Source: Oscillospiraceae bacterium
GTDB taxonomy: Bacteria > Bacillota > Clostridia > Oscillospirales > Acutalibacteraceae
Direction of reading: 5' to 3'
Length of the DNA: 64,000 nucleotides
Assembly: GCA_028697255.1 (NCBI GenBank)
Contig: JAQVFM010000001.1
Coordinates: 9,789 to 73,788, forward strand
The notes beneath the pieces are model-generated. The model did not search any database, was not told the DNA's origin, and worked only from the letters and a program-made list of their open reading frames with translations. Position numbers and translations under genes: made by a program. Below, piece by piece: positions 46,540 through 54,983 of this stretch (the stretch's first letter is position 1; each line of letters starts with the position of its first letter).

Positions 46540-46601
46540 AGTTTAAGTGATTGCATATGTGCATATTTAATAAAGTGCAATAAGATTTTTAATAATCTAT
46601 A

Positions 46602-46630
46602 TAGACAATCACAGTATGTGGTGCTATAAT
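46602..46630 (+). promoter_or_regulatory. Strong promoter-like element in the nifJ 3' region
   Basis: TAGACA, 17 nt, TATAAT preceded by TGC (extended -10). Confidence 0.4.
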
Positions 46631-46636
46631 CGTACA

Positions 46637-46718
46637 ATAGCAAATATAGCAAATTTATTTGCTTGCCTCTTTCAAGACTTTCTGAAAAAATTGTCACCCT
46701 AACGGGTGGCAATTTTTT
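46637..46718 (+). ncRNA. Candidate small RNA (promoter-to-terminator unit, about 80 nt)
   Basis: Bounded by the promoter at 46602-46630 and the terminator at 46685-46718. It contains no ORF. Confidence 0.3.
46685..46718 (+). terminator. Intrinsic terminator
   Basis: AAAAAATTGTCACCC-TAAC-GGGTGGCAATTTTTT. Confidence 0.75.
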
Positions 46719-46985
46719 CGATTTGGCGGGTGTTTTTCCTGAACTAAATACCCTTCCGGTCTTTTTTGCACCGGACTTGGCATTTCCCCCTTGTCGGGCG
46801 CTGGTAGGCGAGGTGCCCCCATCCCGCCGCTATAACAAATACACATAGTATTCGTTGCATTGTCAATTCAGCACATCGGCTCACCCCCGTTTTTATTTTT
46901 ATATTTATATCTGAATATAAGTCCCGGACTTTTGTATAATAATAAATCCAGCGGAAAAAATAGTGAATACATGAGCGGGAGAGGG

Positions 46986-47360
46986 ATGGTTAAAGTGGAT
47001 TGGATGATGATTATAAAAGCTTTTTTAGTAGGCGGCATTATTTGCGTAATAGGTCAGCTTCTGATTGATTATACCGCTATGACCCCTGCAAGAATACTTG
47101 TACTATTTGTAACGCTCGGAGTAGCATTGACGGCTGTTGGTTTATATGATCCGTTGGTCAAGTTTGCCGGAGGCGGTGCCACCGTACCGCTTTTAGGCTT
47201 TGGGTATTCTCTTGCTAAAGGAACAGAAGAGGCAGTTAAGCAGAATGGATTGCTTGGTGCGCTTACCGGTGGAGTTACTGCTGCAGCAGGAGGTATAGCA
47301 ATATCAATTTTCCTCGGATTTTTATGTGCACTGGTTGCCAAATCCCATGATAAATCATAA
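46986..47360 (+). CDS. spoVAE: Stage V sporulation protein AE (SpoVAEB-type)
   Basis: IKAFLVGGIICVIGQLLID... and the GFGYSLAKG region match the SpoVAC/SpoVAE membrane family. The start is ATG 46986 or 47004. The upstream part of the track ORF is non-coding. Confidence 0.75.
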   Translation: MVKVDWMMIIKAFLVGGIICVIGQLLIDYTAMTPARILVLFVTLGVALTAVGLYDPLVKFAGGGATVPLLGFGYSLAKGTEEAVKQNGLLGALTGGVTAAAGGIAISIFLGFLCALVAKSHDKS

Positions 47361-47386
47361 TTATCTAATTTCGTATACCGGCAAAG

Positions 47387-47580
47387 AGGGCGCGATGCCC
47401 TGCCCTCATCGCCTTAACCACAACTTGCACGGGCGGCTACAAACCGCCCGTGCATTTCATAATTTGTATATTTATTTCATTTAGTTTTGGTATAACAAAT
47501 CGTAGGGGCCGAACTGTATTCGCCCGAAAATGTGCCTTGCCAAAACAACCGTAGGGAACGCTGAGGACAGCGTTCCCTAC
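47387..47580. repeat. Array of four GC-hairpin repeat units
   Basis: The four units lie at 47387-47413, 47427-47453, 47502-47525 and 47551-47580. Each is a GC-rich stem-loop, and two begin with CGTAGGG. Confidence 0.75.
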
Positions 47581-47596
47581 GGTTTCGAGAATCTAT

Positions 47597-47657
47597 TTTA
47601 ATGCCTGCTAAATAATTAAAAAATGCCGCTTTTTTAAATTATTCAGTGAGCATTATA
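47597..47657 (-). mobile_element. AT-rich hairpin-ended miniature repeat element, copy C (minimal form)
   Basis: The reverse complement reads ATAATGCTCACTGAATAATTTAAAAAAGCGGCATTTTTTAATTATTTAGCAGGCATTAAA. These are the two ends of copies A and B with no internal cargo. Confidence 0.7.
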
Positions 47658-47686
47658 TTATATTTCATAAAGATTGGAGAATAAAC

Positions 47687-48241
47687 ATGACTGAAAAAGA
47701 AAAAGCAGCAAAAGGCATGTTGTACAACGCAAATTATGATAAAACATTAATTGAAGAACGCGATTATTGTAAGGGATTGTGTCATGAATACAATCAACTG
47801 CACCCATCAAAAGTTTATGAGCGAAAGAATTTAATGCGTAAAATACTCGGTAAGACGTCAACTGATTTTTTAATTGAACAGCCGTTCATGTGTGATTATG
47901 GTTATAACATCGAGATCGGGAATAACTTCTATGCTAATCACAACTGCATAATTCTTGACTGTGCAAAAGTGACCTTCGGGGACAATGTGTTTATTGCTCC
48001 AAACTGTGCATTCTACACGGCCGGGCATCCTCTTGATGCACAACGCAGAAATCAAGGGCTTGAATTCGCATATCCGATAAAGGTTGGCAACAATGTTTGG
48101 ATTGGCGGAAATGTCGTGGTGCTACCGGGAGTGAATATTGGAGATAATGCGATAATAGGTGCCGGAAGTGTTGTGACAAAGGATATTCCTCCATGCGTTG
48201 TAGCCGTCGGCAATCCATGTAAAGTTATTCGTGAAATTTAA
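47687..48241 (+). CDS. maa: Maltose/galactoside O-acetyltransferase (hexapeptide-repeat)
   Basis: N-terminal Mac domain (MLYNANYD..L) and left-handed beta-helix hexapeptide repeats (IGNNVWIGGNVVVLPGVNIGDNAIIGAGSVV). Confidence 0.8.
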   Translation: MTEKEKAAKGMLYNANYDKTLIEERDYCKGLCHEYNQLHPSKVYERKNLMRKILGKTSTDFLIEQPFMCDYGYNIEIGNNFYANHNCIILDCAKVTFGDNVFIAPNCAFYTAGHPLDAQRRNQGLEFAYPIKVGNNVWIGGNVVVLPGVNIGDNAIIGAGSVVTKDIPPCVVAVGNPCKVIREI

Positions 48242-48256
48242 CGACGGGACAAGACA

Positions 48257-49252
48257 TCAAACAACATATATGATTGGCACATGGCTCAGTTTTTTTGAAA
48301 GCTGCTCTCTCAAAAATTGTTCACCCTCCGCTCGGACATCTTCACGATAACAATATTTACCCCGCCCCCGTCCGGTCATCAGCGATTTATCAAATAACTC
48401 TACTGCTTTTGGAAACGCATCTTTATTTATTGCGCGGTGCACATAGCTGTAAGTCATGAAAATTATTTCAATAAATAAATTTTTTTTAGCCTTTTCTGAA
48501 AGCTGATCTGACAACTGCTCGATTAACCGTTTGTACAACGCCTTCCAATTGTCTACTAAAACAACAGGAGCAATCAATAGACCCACTTTATATCCTGCAT
48601 CGCACATTTTATTAAGTGCATTAATTCTTGATGTTAAATCCGATGTTCCAAACTCAACCTTGCGGATGATCTCTTGTGGATTTACGCTCATGCGCATAAT
48701 AATCCGTTTTCTATGACGCAGTTCAAGAAGAGGCTCAACCATATCAAACTTTGTCGGGAATGTAAGAAAACCCTTTTCGGACTCGGAAAACTTTTCTATT
48801 GTCCATTCTAAATTTTGCGTTATTGTGTTTTCGAGTACAAGATCGCTATTGCTGCCGATTTCAAAGACAAGGTCTTTTTCCGAACGACCGGCTGTTTTTA
48901 TTAGCTTATCCATCATCTGCTCACGATTGACAAACAGTCTGAGATAGGAGCATTTGTTATAGTTGCAGACGAGATAGCAGTAAAGGCACATTGCACTGCA
49001 GCCGGACGAGGTGTACGGCACCAGAAAATCGGACACCTTGTGGTTTGGCACGTATTTTAATGACTTTCTTACACCAATAATCAGGTGCTTTTTCATTTTT
49101 GCGAACTCTTTATTTTCATTTTTACGAAGCTGTTCAATATTATTATGGCTTTCAATTGGTATCCATGGAACATGATTAAATTTTTCTCGAAATTGCTTGC
49201 CAAGCTCATATTCAAGCACAGCGGGTTCGTAAAATACCTTATCCGGATACAA
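48257..49252 (-). CDS. splB: Spore photoproduct lyase
   Basis: Radical SAM cluster CSAMCLYC (CxxxCxxC), a size of about 331 aa, and overall SplB collinearity. Confidence 0.82.
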   Translation of the reverse strand: MYPDKVFYEPAVLEYELGKQFREKFNHVPWIPIESHNNIEQLRKNENKEFAKMKKHLIIGVRKSLKYVPNHKVSDFLVPYTSSGCSAMCLYCYLVCNYNKCSYLRLFVNREQMMDKLIKTAGRSEKDLVFEIGSNSDLVLENTITQNLEWTIEKFSESEKGFLTFPTKFDMVEPLLELRHRKRIIMRMSVNPQEIIRKVEFGTSDLTSRINALNKMCDAGYKVGLLIAPVVLVDNWKALYKRLIEQLSDQLSEKAKKNLFIEIIFMTYSYVHRAINKDAFPKAVELFDKSLMTGRGRGKYCYREDVRAEGEQFLREQLSKKLSHVPIIYVV

Positions 49253-49416
49253 GTAGTCATCACCTTTATATAAAACTTATGCATTAGTATTACCAAAGCA
49301 GATGGCGGCATACAAGCATCATAACATCAATTTAAATCTGCGATAAAAAAATGCAAAAATCCAAGATTGCTTGAGCAATGCGGTGGTGTAATTTTCAAAA
49401 AAATGGCGCCCACCAT

Positions 49417-49446
49417 TTGACAGCTTTCCTCTTTATCGCGTACAAT
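49417..49446 (+). promoter_or_regulatory. Sigma-A type promoter for the PocR/AraC regulator gene
   Basis: TTGACA, 18 nt, TACAAT. Confidence 0.5.
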
Positions 49447-49493
49447 TAAACCGGGTCGTTTTTCTTATCAAAAACAAAAGAGGAGGATACCGT

Positions 49494-50339
49494 GTGGGCA
49501 GTTTAGAATTAGACACAGAGCAGCTGCAGTCCTTGATGCGAGATTTTTACATCCTGACCGGAGTTAAAATTGCTGTTTTTGACAACGAATGTAACGAAAT
49601 TGCAGCCTACCCAAATGGACACTGCGCCTTTTGTTCACTGCTGCGTTCCAGTCCGGTAGCGGAACAGCTTTGCAAGCAGAGTGATAACAAGAGTTTTGAC
49701 ATATGCAGGCAAGCCAAAAAATTGGTCATTTATCACTGTCACGCCGGCTTAGTGGAGGCTACGGCTCCTCTAATTTTTGACGGTCTGGTGATCGGGTATA
49801 TCATGTTCGGTCAAATTACTGATCAGCCGGATAAAGAAGCTGTCAAAGACAGGCTATCCTCATTACTACAGCAGTATAATCTTCCACCTAAGAATGATCT
49901 CGGTATTAGGTACAAGAGTACGGAACAGATACATGCCACTGCAAAAATTCTTGAAGCATGTATACTTTATGTACTTCAGAAAGAAATGATCTCACTGGAA
50001 AAAGAACAGTTCATTTTTAAACTCAATCAATATATAAAAAAGCATATATCTGGTCCGATTACAGTGGAAATGCTGTGCGACGCTTTTTCCTACAGCCGAA
50101 GCAGGCTGTACGACCTGACTAATCGCTATTTGGGGATGGGAGTAGCAAAATATATTGTTAACAAAAGAATAGAAATGGCAAAGCATCTTTTAAAAAACAC
50201 CGATCTGCCGGTTTTTTCTGTTGCGGAACAAACCGGGTTTTCTGACTATAACCATTTTTGCCATGTATTTAAATCAAGAACCGGAGCATCTGCCACAAAG
50301 TACCGAAAGGATTGGCAGCAAAAATATACAGAAAAATAA
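49494..50339 (+). CDS. AraC-family transcriptional regulator with N-terminal PocR-type sensor domain
   Basis: N-terminal Cys/His-containing PocR-like region (HCAFC...HCHAGL) and a C-terminal double-HTH AraC domain. A GTG start follows an AGAGGAGG RBS. Confidence 0.8.
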   Translation: MGSLELDTEQLQSLMRDFYILTGVKIAVFDNECNEIAAYPNGHCAFCSLLRSSPVAEQLCKQSDNKSFDICRQAKKLVIYHCHAGLVEATAPLIFDGLVIGYIMFGQITDQPDKEAVKDRLSSLLQQYNLPPKNDLGIRYKSTEQIHATAKILEACILYVLQKEMISLEKEQFIFKLNQYIKKHISGPITVEMLCDAFSYSRSRLYDLTNRYLGMGVAKYIVNKRIEMAKHLLKNTDLPVFSVAEQTGFSDYNHFCHVFKSRTGASATKYRKDWQQKYTEK

Positions 50340-50475
50340 AGAGATGATAGACAAGTCAACGGCACACAAAAATCCTCAAATTTTTTGTTCGACTAAATTC
50401 TAAGCTTTTTGACGCTCTCAAAATTTTCTTAAAACACCAACATTAAATTGGCACTAAACATTATATTTTCGCGCC

Positions 50476-50504
50476 TTGTATTTATTGCATATTTCCAGTA
50501 TAAT
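50476..50504 (+). promoter_or_regulatory. Sigma-A type promoter for the M50 protease gene
   Basis: TTGTAT, 17 nt, TATAAT. Confidence 0.45.
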
Positions 50505-50594
50505 ACTACTACCAATATCAGACATAAATCTTAATTTCTTTTCCGGTCTTTTTTGCGCCGGGCTTTTGAAATCCTTTAAGGGAGATATGCTTTT

Positions 50595-51257
50595 ATGCTT
50601 AATACTATGATTAACAATTGGGGAAATCTTGGGTTTTTGGACCTTGTTTTTTTGTTTATGTCATATGCACTTGTTATTTTGGTGGCTCTGCCCGTGCATG
50701 AGTATGCGCACGCATATACGGCATACCGAATGGGCGACAATACCGCGCGTTGGAACGGCCGCCTTACAATGAACCCTTTTGCCCATCTTGACATAATTGG
50801 CACGATATTAATCTTTGTGTTCGGCTTTGGTTATGCCAAGCCCGTGCCTATTAACCCGCGCAATTTCAGGAATTATAAGACGGGCATGCTGTTGACTTCG
50901 CTTGCAGGCCCTATGTCCAATCTCATAATGGGTTTTTTGACACTTAGCGTTATTCGCGTTTTGTTTGTTGTTGCTCCGCAGACGCAAGCGTTCGCTCTTA
51001 TTATTATTCTACTCAGAACCTTTGCTCAAATTAATGTTATGCTGGCCGTATTTAACCTGCTGCCCATACCTCCTCTTGACGGGTATCGCATTGCATCAAA
51101 TTTTCTTCCCGCAAAGTGGGTGTATTATATCGAACGATATCAATGGTATATCACAATGGGGCTGTTTTTACTGATTGCAACAGGAATGTTAGGAAATGTA
51201 ATAGGTGCAATTTATAGCCCTGTTTATTCTTTGTTTTTAAGGATTTTAGGATTTTAA
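50595..51257 (+). CDS. Site-2 protease family (M50) membrane metalloprotease
   Basis: HEYAHAY (HExxH) in a TM segment and the NLLPIPPLDG second motif. Confidence 0.8.
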   Translation: MLNTMINNWGNLGFLDLVFLFMSYALVILVALPVHEYAHAYTAYRMGDNTARWNGRLTMNPFAHLDIIGTILIFVFGFGYAKPVPINPRNFRNYKTGMLLTSLAGPMSNLIMGFLTLSVIRVLFVVAPQTQAFALIIILLRTFAQINVMLAVFNLLPIPPLDGYRIASNFLPAKWVYYIERYQWYITMGLFLLIATGMLGNVIGAIYSPVYSLFLRILGF

Positions 51258-51284
51258 GTAGTGTAGGCAATAACAGGAGAATAT

Positions 51285-52037
51285 ATGGAAACAATATCCT
51301 ATAAAGTTCCGGGCTTTGAGGGGCCTCTTGATTTGCTTTTGCATTTGGTACAAAAGCATAAATTGAATATTACCGACATTCCTATCGCCGATTTGTTAGA
51401 CCAGTATTTGCGTACAATTGAGCAATGGAAAAGCGTTGACATGGAAGTTGCAGCCGAGTTTTTGGAAATGGCGGCTCGTTTGGTGCAAATTAAAACGGCA
51501 ATGTTGCTACCACAGCATGATGAAGCAGAGCAAATGCGTCGCGAATTAAGCGGAGAGCTTATGGAATACAGCCTATGCCAGCAAGCTGCGCGCCGCCTTT
51601 CAGCACAAAATGTCGGGGCGAGCATATTTGTGCGCATTCCTTTGGAAATTGAACCCGACAGGACTTATCGGCGGGTTCACCCGCCTGAAACTTTGCTTGA
51701 TGCGTATCTTGCTGCTGTGGGACGCGGCAAACGCCGGCTTCCCCCGCCTGTGCAGGCATTCAGCGGAATTGTGTCGCGCAAGATTGTGTCTGTTTCATCC
51801 AAAATTATATATGTGCTACGAAATTTATACAGACATAAGAAAATACAGTATTCGGCATTATTTGAGCATGTGAACAGCCGGTCGGAGATGGTTGCGACAT
51901 TTCTTGCTTTGTTGGAGCTTATCAAGGCAAGCCGCATCCGTGTCGATGACGAGGGCAACCAGCAATTTGTCAGCATGCAATCGACACAAAACAAGGTTAA
52001 ACTCAAGGCAGCCGGCAGTGCTGCCAACACTGAATAA
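51285..52037 (+). CDS. scpA: Segregation and condensation protein A
   Basis: FEGPLDLLLHLVQKHKLNITDIPIA N-terminus typical of ScpA. It is followed by scpB. Confidence 0.88.
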   Translation: METISYKVPGFEGPLDLLLHLVQKHKLNITDIPIADLLDQYLRTIEQWKSVDMEVAAEFLEMAARLVQIKTAMLLPQHDEAEQMRRELSGELMEYSLCQQAARRLSAQNVGASIFVRIPLEIEPDRTYRRVHPPETLLDAYLAAVGRGKRRLPPPVQAFSGIVSRKIVSVSSKIIYVLRNLYRHKKIQYSALFEHVNSRSEMVATFLALLELIKASRIRVDDEGNQQFVSMQSTQNKVKLKAAGSAANTE

Positions 52038-52072
52038 TAGCTGTATATTATGCTTGAAAAGGCGTGTGATTA

Positions 52073-52669
52073 ATGAAAGTCGAAAATTATCAGGCTATAA
52101 TAGAAGCCATTTTGTTTGCAAGCGGTGAGCCTGTCCAACAATCACGCATTGCACAGGTTTTAGATATAGAAGAAGATACGGTAATACAGCTTGCCGATGA
52201 TTTGATGCATGAGGTGAACACCCGCGCCGGTGGGCTTAGGATTGTAAGGTTAGACGATTCTTACCAAATGTGTACAAAATCGGAGTACGCAGAATATATC
52301 AGAAAGGCGCTTGACATTCGCCGAAACACACCGCTTTCGCAGGCGGCAATGGAAGTGCTTGCTATTATTGCGTATAACCAGCCTGTTACGCGTGCATTTA
52401 TCGAGCAGGTGCGCGGTGTTGATTGCGGTGCCGTTATTCAGGGGCTGGTATCCAAAAGTTTGATTGAGGAGAAAGGACGGCTTGAATTGCCCGGGCGTCC
52501 GTTGCTGTATGGCACAACTGCAGACTTTTTAAGGTGCTTTGGTATTTCTTCTCTTGAACAGCTTCCTCCGATGCCCCAAAAGGATGAGGACAACGATATG
52601 CATGAAACCACCTTGGACGAGGTTATTGAGGATATGGAGCATTCACGGGCCGGGATAAATGCGGAATGA
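52073..52669 (+). CDS. scpB: Segregation and condensation protein B
   Basis: IEAILFASGEPV and LEVLAIIAYNQPVTR..IE..RGV winged-helix motifs. Confidence 0.88.
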   Translation: MKVENYQAIIEAILFASGEPVQQSRIAQVLDIEEDTVIQLADDLMHEVNTRAGGLRIVRLDDSYQMCTKSEYAEYIRKALDIRRNTPLSQAAMEVLAIIAYNQPVTRAFIEQVRGVDCGAVIQGLVSKSLIEEKGRLELPGRPLLYGTTADFLRCFGISSLEQLPPMPQKDEDNDMHETTLDEVIEDMEHSRAGINAE

Positions 52670-52678
52670 GGGAATATT

Positions 52679-53287
52679 TTGACTGCGATATGGATTGTTT
52701 GCGGTGTTTTTGCATTATTATTGCTAATTTTGATTCTTCCGCTGCACTTGCACGCATCATTTGACGGGCAGCTTAGTTTAAGGCTGCGTTATTTGTTTTT
52801 TACCTACCCCCTTTATCCACGTCCCGAAAAAAAGAAAAAGAAATTAAAACAAAAAAAGGTAAAGAAGAAAAAAGAAATAGAGCTTTCGCGTACGGAAGAA
52901 ATGCTACGAAGTGAGGGTGTAGCAGCCGTAATATCGTATTATATTAAATTAGGTCAGCTTATAAAAACAGCGGCGATAGGCTTGCTTGGAACAATTACAG
53001 TGGACAAGCTAAAGCTTAACATTAGTGTTGCATCAGACGATGCGGCACAAACAGCAATTAATTACGGCCGGGTATGCGCAGCAATATATCCGATGCACGC
53101 TCTTATTGAAAGCTCGGTTAATGTCCGCAGCCGTTCAATTAATATTACACCTGATTTTTTAAATAGCGAGGATCAGGTAAGCGGCGAAATCCGGCTACAT
53201 GTTTTACCGATAAGGGTGTTATGGATATTACTTTTGTTTTTTATTGGCTATATTAGTAATACAAGCGGCACAAAAGCGACAGAATAA
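52679..53287 (+). CDS. DUF2953/YtfI-like sporulation membrane protein
   Basis: N-terminal TM helix, a Lys-rich linker, and a position upstream of a YtfJ/GerW homologue. The start is TTG. Confidence 0.5.
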   Translation: MTAIWIVCGVFALLLLILILPLHLHASFDGQLSLRLRYLFFTYPLYPRPEKKKKKLKQKKVKKKKEIELSRTEEMLRSEGVAAVISYYIKLGQLIKTAAIGLLGTITVDKLKLNISVASDDAAQTAINYGRVCAAIYPMHALIESSVNVRSRSINITPDFLNSEDQVSGEIRLHVLPIRVLWILLLFFIGYISNTSGTKATE

Positions 53288-53324
53288 TATAGATGTCAAA
53301 TTTAAGAAAAGAGGTTGTATCAAT

Positions 53325-53768
53325 ATGGCGGAAAATAATTTGCAGGGCGTACTTGGAGTTTCAATGGACAAAATTCGTGAAATGGTAGATGTCAATACAG
53401 TAATCGGTGAGGCGATACAAACACCCGATGGTACCACTTTAATACCGGTATCAAAGGTTTCTTACGGATTCGCCTCGGGCGGCTCCAATATACCGTCAAA
53501 GTCACAGGCCGAACTGTTTGGCGGCGGAAGCGGAGCCGGCATAAATATTACACCGGTTGCATTTGTTGTTATTTCAGGCGGCTCTGTTCAGGTTATCCCT
53601 GTTGTTTCAAAACCTGATTCGAGTGACAAAATGATTAACCTTGTGCCAGAAATGTTTGATAAAATAACGTCACTGTTCAACAAGAAAAAGGATAAAACAG
53701 AAAAAGTTGAGATTGAGGGCGGGGCAAAACCGTCAGTGACAGTCACTGAAACAACCTCAAAATCATAA
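53325..53768 (+). CDS. ytfJ: GerW/YtfJ family sporulation protein
   Basis: LIPVSKVSYGFASGG...GGGSGAGINITPVAFVVI pattern of the Spore_YtfJ family. The ATG at 53325 follows a purine-rich RBS. Confidence 0.8.
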   Translation: MAENNLQGVLGVSMDKIREMVDVNTVIGEAIQTPDGTTLIPVSKVSYGFASGGSNIPSKSQAELFGGGSGAGINITPVAFVVISGGSVQVIPVVSKPDSSDKMINLVPEMFDKITSLFNKKKDKTEKVEIEGGAKPSVTVTETTSKS

Positions 53769-53825
53769 TTAATATGTATTTCCACCGTGTTGCCTGCATA
53801 CTTTTTTAAGGGCAGGTGGTAATAC

Positions 53826-54971
53826 TTGAAAAAATTTTTGACCTTAATAACGACAGTTTTTTTGTGTTCTATACAATGCTTTATGATAATAGTGCGTGCC
53901 GACGGTCCCGGCTCGATTTCTTCCCATTCGGCGATATTATATGAGCCGCAGTCGGGGCGCGCCCTTTTTGAAAAGGACGCTCATACAAAGCGACCTATGG
54001 CAAGCACAACAAAAATTATGACGGCATTGCTGGCGGTTGAAAAATGTCCCCCTGACATGGTGGTAACTGTGACGGATGAGGCAGTGCGCGTTGAGGGCTC
54101 GGCACTTGGATTGCGCGGCGGCGATAAAATAACGATGATTGACTTGGTTACCGGATTGCTGCTGGAATCCGGTAACGATGCGGCCAATGTCATTGCATAC
54201 ACTGTGTCGGGCAGCATTAAGGCGTTTGCCGACCTGATGAACAAGCGCGCAGCGGAAATCGGCATGAAAAATACAGTGTTTGTCACGCCCTCAGGTCTTG
54301 ATCAGGGTGAACATTCGTCTACAGCGTGGGATATGGCGCTGCTTGCCGCTGAGTGCCTAAATAACGAAATAATTGCATCAATTTGTGAAAAAAAGTCGGC
54401 AGTTATTAAATTTGGCAACCCACCGCGTAATATAAGGGTTTCAAACCATAACAGGCTGCTGCAGCTTTATCCGCATGCAATAGGTATGAAAACAGGCTTT
54501 ACAAAAAAATCCGGACGCTGTCTTGTTTCGGCTGCACAAAAGGATGGTGTGCGGCTTATAGGTGTGACACTCAAGGCCGGCGACGACTGGAACGACCACA
54601 TCGCAATGTATGAATACGGATTTTCGATTACAAAATTGGTTTCTTTACCTGTCCCCAAGCTGCCGCCGGTCCAAGTGACAGGCGGATTAAATTCACATAT
54701 ATCGCCAACTGTTAAAATACCGCCTCAGAGAGTAATGCTTAAAAGCGAGGAGAAAAACCTGCGTGTCGATGTGGCGCTGCCTCACTTTGTGTTCGCGCCT
54801 GTATGTGCGGGAGATGTGATTGGAAATGTAAGGTATTCAGTGGGCGATAGCGAGATATTAAGGCTTGATATAACTGCCTCGCAAAATGTTAAAGCATTGC
54901 CGCCGCCCGGCTTCATTAAAAGGTTTGGACGGAAGTTTACTATGCTTTTTACCGAATGGCTAAAACTTTGA
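53826..54971 (+). CDS. dacB: D-alanyl-D-alanine carboxypeptidase (sporulation-type by synteny)
   Basis: STTK, SGND and KTGFT motifs with a signal peptide. It lies downstream of scpA-scpB as dacB does in Bacillus subtilis. The start is TTG. Confidence 0.75.
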   Translation: MKKFLTLITTVFLCSIQCFMIIVRADGPGSISSHSAILYEPQSGRALFEKDAHTKRPMASTTKIMTALLAVEKCPPDMVVTVTDEAVRVEGSALGLRGGDKITMIDLVTGLLLESGNDAANVIAYTVSGSIKAFADLMNKRAAEIGMKNTVFVTPSGLDQGEHSSTAWDMALLAAECLNNEIIASICEKKSAVIKFGNPPRNIRVSNHNRLLQLYPHAIGMKTGFTKKSGRCLVSAAQKDGVRLIGVTLKAGDDWNDHIAMYEYGFSITKLVSLPVPKLPPVQVTGGLNSHISPTVKIPPQRVMLKSEEKNLRVDVALPHFVFAPVCAGDVIGNVRYSVGDSEILRLDITASQNVKALPPPGFIKRFGRKFTMLFTEWLKL

Positions 54972-54983
54972 AAGGAATTTAAT

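Noticed and set aside
47387-47580. Possible CRISPR array, because of closely spaced palindromic GC-rich repeats
   Set aside because: The units differ from one another in sequence and length. Spacing is irregular, no constant direct repeat exists, and no cas genes are present. The organisation is REP/BIME-like, not CRISPR.
48242-48256. Missing terminator between convergent maa and splB (15-nt gap)
   Set aside because: I noted this as unusual, but no structure can be supported in 15 nt. The transcripts probably overlap or terminate within the opposing gene. There is not enough evidence to call a feature.
52810-52880. Poly-A/AAG-rich tract (encoding KKKKKLKQKKVKKKKE) as a slippage or phase-variation site
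   Set aside because: It lies in frame within the linker of the DUF2953/YtfI-like protein, just after the TM helix. The A-runs are interrupted. It is consistent with a Lys-rich juxtamembrane linker rather than a contingency locus.
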